Shown here one piece after another: positions 55,685-64,000 of a stretch of DNA of 64,000 bases (its first letter is position 1; every line of letters starts with the position of its first letter). The notes beneath the pieces were generated by a model that saw only the letters and a program-made list of their open reading frames with translations, was not told the origin of the DNA and searched no databases. The translations under genes and the position numbers were made by a program. Origin of the DNA: Octopus vulgaris. Lineage: Eukaryota. The stretch spans positions 30,132,001 to 30,196,000 of the forward strand of contig OX597834.1 of assembly GCA_951406725.2 (NCBI GenBank). Reading direction: 5' to 3'.

Positions 55685-55733
55685 GTTATCGCCATATTAA
55701 TATGGCATTCTTATAGAGACTTAGTAATTTTAA

Positions 55734-55798
<65 letters not shown>

Positions 55799-56020
55799 GT
55801 ATATAGCTATACATACATACATGTACACACATACACATACACACACACATTCACACATACATAGCACACACTGGTATAAATATATCTGCATGTTGCTGCA
55901 AATGCATTATTTTAAATATATATAATTTCATTATACAGTTCATATGATATTCATGTTTAATTTCATTTTAAAACAAACTGCCACAAGCCCATGTGTATAA
56001 ATAACAACAACAACAACAAC

Positions 56021-56070
<50 letters not shown>

Positions 56071-56081
56071 TAATAATAATG

Positions 56082-56121
<40 letters not shown>

Positions 56122-56408
56122 TGATGATAATAATAAAAGTGACAATGATGATGACGACGATGACTAATAAATAAACATCTGATCTTTTGTTAGTGAAAAT
56201 TTTTGGTTCTTAATAAAATAAAAAGAAGTCAGCCTTTGTCTGTAACACTCATAAACACAATTGAAATACCAATCTGCTTTTACAGTTAGTTCGGGTGGGT
56301 GCTGATGTACTAAATGGTGTGTGCAAGATTTTTTGACTGAAAAGAATATAGAATATGTATGTATGCAAGTATGTATATGCAAACATTATACATATGTATG
56401 TGTGTGTG

Positions 56409-56439
<31 letters not shown>

Positions 56440-56441
56440 AA

Positions 56442-56509
<68 letters not shown>

Positions 56510-56556
56510 ATATATGTGTATATATATGTGTGTGTGTGTGTGTAAATATATATATG

Positions 56557-56588
<32 letters not shown>

Positions 56589-56602
56589 TGTATGTATGTA
56601 TG

Positions 56603-56641
<39 letters not shown>

Positions 56642-57394
56642 GCAGCGTGGAAGGTGTTTGTAAGCCATTTAAAAAACACATAAAAGCCGTTCGATTCACT
56701 TCAACATTTAAGTTTAATTTGTCAAAATATTTTCGTCACTAAAATCCGCGACCTGTTCACTGACAAAAATCCGTGCTGCATCTATATATATATATATGAG
56801 GGTGTGCTGAAATGTTCCTGGCTTTTAGGTAAACGGAAATATAGGAGGATCAGTTAATTATGATTTTATTCAATATATCCTCCTCTCAGATTCACACTTA
56901 TTATAGCAGTCCTTCAGTTTTTCTAAGCCCTGTGAAAGAAGTTGGAAGTTTGGGCCTCCAACCAGGTCTTTCATGGTTCCCTTAAATCCAGGACCATTTC
57001 AGCAGCCCCTTGTATGTCTTTTACCTTTTTCTTGTTCCAATCATTTGACTGTGGCCATGTTGGGGTGTCATCTGTGTGTGTGTGTGCACATATGTGTGTG
57101 TGCACATGTGTGTGTGTGTATCTGTATACATAAAGTAGTAGAGGTAATCTTTTTAAAAAAATGAAGGATTGATTCCACAAAACCTTAATTTTCTTGCTGG
57201 TTCTTACTATTTGTAAATCAAATTCTTACATACTCTTTTAAGCAAACATGATTTTTTTCATTAAATCAATAAAAAAATTAATATTTAATTAATCAATTTA
57301 TTTTTCATTCATATATTTTTAATTTTATTTATGCTGTCTTTTTCTTTGTTTTTTGTTTTGTTTTAATTAACACAAATTCAGTTAGGTGATTAAA

Positions 57395-57546
57395 TAATTT
57401 TATTTGATTTAGTTCTACTTGAATGGCATCAAAAATAGTGCCAAGTGAGAGACAGCTGATCCAAGAACCAAAGAATGGTATTGATGTATTTCATTGATTT
57501 GCTTTGGATGTGGTCTTTGATATGGAATGGTCTCTTGCAAAGAATT
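57395..57546 (-). other. Probable last exon of gene B (3'UTR, or coding if the upstream TGA is bypassed)
   Basis: Strong acceptor tttcttctacttacag| followed by unique sequence; AATAAA at 57399-57404. Confidence 0.5.
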
Positions 57547-57596
57547 CTGTAAGTAGAAGAAACAAAATTAATTAAGAATATGAATAATTAAAAAGC

Positions 57597-57752
57597 ACCA
57601 TGGCTGTGCGGTAAGAAGTTTTCTTCCCAGCCACATCATTCTGAGTTCAGTCTTACCGTGTGGCACTTGGGGTCCAGTTTCTTCTACTATAACCTCAAGC
57701 TGACCAAAGCCTTGTGAGTGGATTTGGTAGACAGAAACTGAAAGAAGCCCAT

Positions 57753-57786
<34 letters not shown>

Positions 57787-58010
57787 AGTGTGTGTGTGTG
57801 TGTGTGTGTGTGCCTTTGTGTCTGTGTTTGTCCCCTACTATTGCTTGACAATCAGTGTTGGTGTGTTTATGTCCCTGTAACTTAGCAGTTTGGAAAAGAA
57901 ACCTATAGAATAAGAACTAAACTGGAGACGATTTGTTCAACTAAAACCCTTCAAGGTTGTGCCCCAGCATGGCCACATTTAAATGACTGAAACAAGTAAA
58001 AGAATTAAAG
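57597..58010 (+). mobile_element. Diverged family A SINE
   Basis: Head-to-tail similarity to 22860-23284. Confidence 0.8.
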
Positions 58011-59433
58011 ATAAACAAGATGAGAGTCTAACATGAAACAATCGTTAAGTTATTGTTAAAGTAAACGAATCTAGAATGAACATATTTAGTCTCTGATTGG
58101 CAGGGGCACAGTGTCTGTTTTCTCAGCTTTTTCTGCTGCTCTAAGAATGGCTTCTGTTCTTTGAGGTCAACTGGTCTTGCACTTTCGTCTTGTATTCAAG
58201 CACTGCCCACAAATTTGTTTCTTATAAGGCTTTGGTAAACCTGGTGGCACAGTAGAGGGATTGAACCTCAAACTATGTGGTTGAGAAATTAACTTTTTAA
58301 CCCCACAGCCATTCTCTTACACACACACACACACACACACACTTACAAACACACATTCACACTTACAAACACACATTCACACCACCCAGACACACAAAGA
58401 CGCACCCATTCATACACACCATGCACATGCACAAACATACACACACACACACGAACATGTGTGTGTTTGAAAGGCAAAGTTGGCCTTGGCAGGATTTCAA
58501 CTCAGGATTTAAAGAACCAAAACAATTTTCATCCAATTCTCTAACATTTCAGCTATTTTGTCACCTTTAGTAAATAATATTGTCCGACTGAGGTACGAAG
58601 CCAACAGTTTTGAGGGGAGGGGGTTTAGTCATTACCATCAACCCCAGTATATCTCTGGTACTTTGTTTTTATTGCCCCTAGAAAGGATGAAAGACAACTG
58701 TTACCTCAGTGTGGTATGAACTCAAAACATAGAGAAAGGTTAAAATAACTCGGGGAAATTTTGTCTGACATTGTTATGATTCATCCAATCCATTGCACTA
58801 AATAATAATAATAATAATAATAATCATCATCATCGTTTATCATCATCGTTTAACGTCCGTTCTCCATGCTAGCATGGGTTGGACGGTTCAACTGGGGTCT
58901 GGGAAGCCAGAAGGCTGCGCCAGGCCCAGTCTTATCTGGCAGTGTTTCTACAGCTGGATGCCCTTCCTAATGCCAACCACTCCGTGAGTGTAGTGGGTGC
59001 TTTTTACGTGCCACCAGCACAGGTGCCAGACGAGGCTGGCAAACGGCCATGATCGGATGGTTCTCTTACGTGTCACCGGCACTAGTATCACAGCTACAAT
59101 TTCCATTGATGTTGATCGATTTTGATTTTGATAATAATAATAATAATAATAATAATAATCCTTTCTACTATAGGCACAAGGCCTGAAATTTTGTGTAGGT
59201 GGGACCAGTTGATTAGATTGACCCCAATGCTCAACTGGAACTCACTTTATCGTCCCTAAAAGGATGAAAGGCAAAGTGGACCCTGGTGGAATGTGAACTC
59301 AGAACATAAAGATGGACAAAATTCCACAAAGCATTTTGCCTGGCATGCTGATGATTCTGCCAGCTCGCTGCCCTTAAATGATGATGATAATGATATGTTA
59401 CTTCAATTTTATATTCCATAGCAAAATACTGAC

Positions 59434-59633
59434 CCCATTTCAAGAACCACAATCACATGTGGGAATGTTGCCAATTATCCATTGTCCATTTTTGCCACAG
59501 ATTGCCTTCTCATCATTACTCTTAAAACAGAAATCATTTTTGCAAGCAAACTGTGCCACAGAACCTTCTGACAAGGGGCCATTGTAATTGACCTGAACTT
59601 CCTTGTCCACTTTCAATTCTCTACAATAGGTAT
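59434..59633 (-). CDS. Gene B exon: 6-Cys CCP (TYCRELKVDKEVQVNYNGPLSEGSVAQFACKNDFCFKSNDEKAICGKNGQWIIGNIPTCDCGS*); not in the ORF track
   Basis: ttttgcag|AT acceptor, phase 1. TGA at 59440-59442, then AATGGG|gtcagt donor. Confidence 0.85.
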
Positions 59634-59699
59634 CTGCAAAAACAAAAAAAATATGGCATTAGTTGTAAGTAAAGTAAATATTGTTTTGAATCTGATAAA

Positions 59700-59928
59700 T
59701 AAAGTAAATATAGTTGTGAAAGTAAAAGTTAAAATAGTTGTGAAAGTAAAAGTAAAAATAGTTGTGAAAGTAAAAGTAAAAATAGTTGTGAAAGTAAAAT
59801 TAAAAATAGTTGTGAAAGTAAAATTAAAAATAGTTGTGAAAGTAAAAATAAAAATAGTTGTGAAAGTAAAAGTAAAAATAGTTGTGAAAGTAAAAGTAAA
59901 AATAGTTGTGAAAGTAAAAGTAAATATT
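59700..59928. repeat. 24-bp minisatellite (aaaatagttgtgaaagtaaaagta), about 9 copies
   Basis: Direct reading; produces the spurious IVVKVKVK/FTFTTI ORFs. Confidence 0.95.
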
Positions 59929-61595
59929 GTCTTCACTGATAGGGACAGTTATCTGGTTACTATGGTGTATAAATGTCTAAAATCATAAAATTTCCGTTGA
60001 CTGGGACTTGAGTCCATCACAGGGTGGTTACTCACTTACAACTGAGTGAACTGAAGGCATGTGGCTCAATGGTTAGCAGGGTATTTGGCTCATGGTCATA
60101 AGGTAGTGAGCTTGATTTCCTGCAACAAGAGATGTCCTAGAGCAAGACACTTCATTTTCCGTGGCTCTCATCCATTCAGTTGGCAGTAATTCAACGGACT
60201 CAGCCATGTCACATTCTGTGTCACACTGAATCTCCCTGAGAGCTACATTAAGGGCGCGCATACCTGTGGAGTGCTCAGCCACTTGCACGTTAATTTCATG
60301 ATGTGGTTGTTTGTGTCGATTGGAACACTCGTCACGAAAGAGTCAGGTAAGGGTCGGTGGGAACTGAAGTAACATAAAATGAAGTGTTTTACTCAAGAAC
60401 ACAATGGTCTGGAGATTGAAACCATGACCTTACACTTGAGAGTGCAACACCCTAACCACTAGGCTAAATGCCTCAATCCTTGGACATTATTGTCTCAAGT
60501 TCCAGGACCAGTTACTTGGTTGCCATAGCATTAAGTGACTGGGATCACAACATTCCTCTTTGAAGAAGATGCCAGATTATCATCAGATTGTTACTCCTTG
60601 ACAGCTGAGTGGATTGAAGCTCATGAGTTCAATTCTCTGCTGGTCTGGGAATCGATCTCAGGATCATGCAAATATGAGTGCATTGCCCTAACCACGAGGC
60701 AAAGCAAAGATGCTTTATATCACAAGTCAGTTCAGTTATGATAGTAACGTGCAGCTGTTCTTGCTGTTGTTCTTGTGGTTTACTCTTATGCCTAGCCTTG
60801 GTTCTTGTAAACACGTGATAAAAGTCATTCCGCTTGTGACCATCCTAACATAAATGAGGCTGTGGTATGAATGAATCAATGTTGAGACTACAATGTGTTG
60901 TTGTTGCTGCTGGGGTCATCATTATATTTAAACCTAGATCAAATCTAGTTCTGCAGATCCTGTATTCACAAACTTATTCATCCATGACCACCCCAAAGGA
61001 AAGAAGGCTATTATATGAAGTGGCTAAGATCATTATTTGCTTTTGTTGTTCTAGCTGTTCATGTTGTTGTTGTTGTTGTTGTCTAAGCTTCAAAAGCCCC
61101 AATTCAACAAATACTTGATCAAAGACATTTCTAATATGACCATCCTGTAATTTTTTTTTTTCAGACACTGTTTCTAGGATTATAATACTAAATGCCTCCT
61201 TTTCACTTGAAGACAGAAGATGGTGATTTGAGGGGTGATACAACTGCTATTTCAAACAGGTCAAGAAAGAATTCGTCCTTTAGATTTGTTGTTATCAGGA
61301 ATATGTTGTTCCTATTTTGGGAAAGAATTACTTGATTCTTTAAATCAATACCATTAATACTCTCTTCCTTGTATTTATATATTAACAATTCAAGTATGAT
61401 AGCCTCCTTACAACAGGTCATGCAAATTCTCTCACTCCATGGGATCCTTTATTAAACACCTTCCTATTTTCTTAAACCTTCCCCTAATTCAAGACAGCCA
61501 ATATCTTTCCAATACCTTCCCTCCTTTTTTCGAAAGAGGTAAAAACTTGCACAATTTCATAACTACCAGTATAACATTTATGAATGAATGGAATG

Positions 61596-61979
61596 AAAGC
61601 ACTCCGTCGGTTACGACGATGAGGGTTCCGGTTGATCCGAATCAACGGAATAGCCTGCTCATGAAATTAACGTGTAAGTGGCTGAGCACTCCACAGACAC
61701 GTGCACCCTTAACGTAGTTCTCGGGGATATTCAGCGTGACACAGAGAGTGACAAGGCCGGCCCCTTGAAATACAAGTACAACAGAAACAGGAAGTAAGAG
61801 TGAGAGAAAGTTGTGGTGAAAGAGTACAGCAGGGATCACCACCATCCCCTGCCGGAGTCTCGTGGAGCTCTTAGGTGTTTTCGCTCAATAAACACTCACA
61901 ACGCCCGGTCTGGGAATCGAAACCGCAATCCTATGACCGCGAATCTGATGCCCTAACCACTGGGACATTGCGCCTCCAC
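61596..61979 (-). mobile_element. tRNA-derived SINE family E
   Basis: Near-identical to 52270-52630. Confidence 0.85.
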
Positions 61980-62662
61980 ATAACATTTATACTGTATATA
62001 CAAACAATGAATGGGGCCAGCAGTGATATTTTGTGCGAAAGAAACTTCTCAAAAACACTGGTGTGCCAAAAGGCGTAGGCCTTGCTTAAAATATCACCAA
62101 TCGATCATTTGGACTGTCAGTCTCATCAGTGAAGAAGAATAACTTTTGCACATTTTGAACTAGTTATGTTGATTTCCTCACACCATAAATCCATTTACTA
62201 AGTCCTCTTCCCATTTTATTAAACCTCCTCCATTTTGAGACAACCACTGTCTTTTCAGATCCTCTTCTCTCTTTGACAGAAGTGACACAAAAAACTTTCA
62301 CCGGCACAGGGATGGCAGCTCGACTAAAGGCGGTGCTCCAGCATGGCCACAGTCAAATGACTGAAACAAGTATAAGAGTAATGGTTTCACCTTTTGGCAG
62401 AAGACCAGCAATTTCAGGTGAGGAGGGGGTTAAGTCAATTACATCGACTCCACTGCCTAAATGGTACTTATTTTATCGACAACAAAAGGATGAAAGGTAA
62501 AGTCGACCTCAGCCGAATTTGAACTCAGAACATAAAGACAAACGAAATGTCACTATGCCTTTTGCCTAGCATGCTAACCACTCAGCCAGCCAACCACCCT
62601 AAATATAGTAATTGATTAATTGATAAATTATTAAGTCAATAAGAAATACAAAATATATTTAC

Positions 62663-62863
62663 TTTTTTCACATGACTGGAGCTCATTGGTCCATTTTGCC
62701 ATATCACACTTCGCAACAACTGGTGGCCCTTTGAGACTGTGGTCCGGATTACACTCAACCGTCAGCGAGACATTAGCAGCGACTGTGTCTCCGGCATTTA
62801 CAAACTTCCCAGATGAGACGTCCTTTAATTTTCCGTTCATGATGGTCGGTGCTTCGCATACCA
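62663..62863 (-). CDS. Gene B exon: CCP (VCEAPTIMNGKL...TVECNPDHSLKGPPVVAKCDMAKWTNELQSCEK)
   Basis: gcctttcag|TG ... AAA A|gtaaat, 201 nt, phase 1-1. Confidence 0.92.
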
Positions 62864-63000
62864 CTGAAAGGCAATGTAAATGAAATATCTATTGTTGGTG
62901 TGTGCATGTGCATGTGCGCATGTGCATGTGTGTGTGTGTGAGTGCATATGTATGTGTGTGTACACGTGCATGAGTGTGCATGAGTGAACATGTTTATGAA

Positions 63001-63211
63001 TGTGTGTCTGTGTTTGTCCCCCTAGCATTGCTTGACAACCGATGCTGGTGTGTTTACGTCCCCGTCACTTAGCGGATCGGCAAAAGAGACCGATAGAATA
63101 AGTACTGGGCTTACAAAGAATAAGTCCCGGGGTCGATTTGCTCGACTAAAGGCGGTGCTCCAGCATGGCCGCAGTCAAATAACTGAAACAAGTAAAAGAG
63201 AGTAAAGAGAG
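63001..63211 (+). mobile_element. Family A SINE, 3' half
   Basis: Matches the 3' half of 22860-23284. Confidence 0.85.
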
Positions 63212-63335
63212 TATATGTGTGTGTGTATGTGTACATACTTGCACAGAGGGTATGCTTCAGTAGAGAAGAAAATAAAAACAATAATAATAACAGTAATAAG
63301 GATAATTATACGATTATAATAATAACGATAATAAA

Positions 63336-63398
<63 letters not shown>

Positions 63399-63444
63399 CA
63401 GAAACAATAGACCCTCAGAAAAAGTAGCGTACCCACCTGTTTAG

Positions 63445-63493
<49 letters not shown>

Positions 63494-63669
63494 ATACACA
63501 CACATACATATACTCACACAACAAGCTGTTATTATTGCTGATAAGAATGAGGTATCCCTTCTTTTAGTTCCTTATTAATACAGGTACACATTCGCATACA
63601 CACAAGCACAGAAACACACACACACACATCTATGCACTCACACATATAAGTGTGTATACTTACTATCTA

Positions 63670-63701
<32 letters not shown>

Positions 63702-63776
63702 CACATACACACATATATATACAGACATATATATATATATACATATATACATATATATATACATATATACATATAT

Positions 63777-63893
<117 letters not shown>

Positions 63894-64000
63894 CATATAT
63901 ATATATACACATATATATATATACATATATATACATATATATATACATATATGTATACATATATGTATACATATGTGTATATATAGATATATATATATAT

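Noticed and set aside
56170-56336. Possible extra CCP exon (ttttcag|TC-KKSCTHH...)
   Set aside because: Good acceptor, but Cys/Trp spacing is not CCP-like and there is no phase-1 donor; at most a UTR exon.
59440-59442. Selenocysteine interpretation of the TGA
   Set aside because: No SECIS-like hairpin was recognised in the putative 3'UTR, and the position is not a conserved CCP cysteine.
59613-59988. Amphipathic IVVKVKVK / FTFTTI repeat peptides
   Set aside because: 24-bp intronic minisatellite next to a real acceptor.

Overview
This is eukaryotic, very AT-rich, microsatellite-dense DNA. Its tRNA-derived SINEs and RTE, R4/Dong, Penelope and mariner remnants suggest a coleoid cephalopod, most likely Octopus (inferred from repeat content, not proven). 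Most entries in the supplied ORF track are microsatellite artefacts. The real coding content is a cluster of spliced Sushi/CCP-domain genes, built almost entirely from phase 1-1 exons. (A) + strand: the 3' end of a gene, with CCP exons 156-368 and 11502-11701, ending ...CIAFVMG*. (C) - strand, convergent with A: a probable signal-peptide exon near 55.4 kb, nine divergent CCP exons, a 12-nt microexon (26221-26232) and a terminal Ig exon (16231-16565). It encodes a secreted protein of about 760 aa, rich in N-glycosylation sequons, whose last CCP-Ig junction resembles Hikaru genki/LEV-9-type synaptic-cleft scaffolds. (B) - strand, upstream of C: CCP exons 62663-62863 and 59434-59633, with an in-frame TGA 6 nt before a splice donor, then a probable last exon at about 57.4-57.5 kb. 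Introns carry several Penelope-type minimal hammerhead-ribozyme motifs, some in long near-perfect inverted repeats, and closely spaced inverted SINE pairs. All exon boundaries were read by eye from AG/GT sites and reading frame and need RNA-seq confirmation. Repeat boundaries are approximate.
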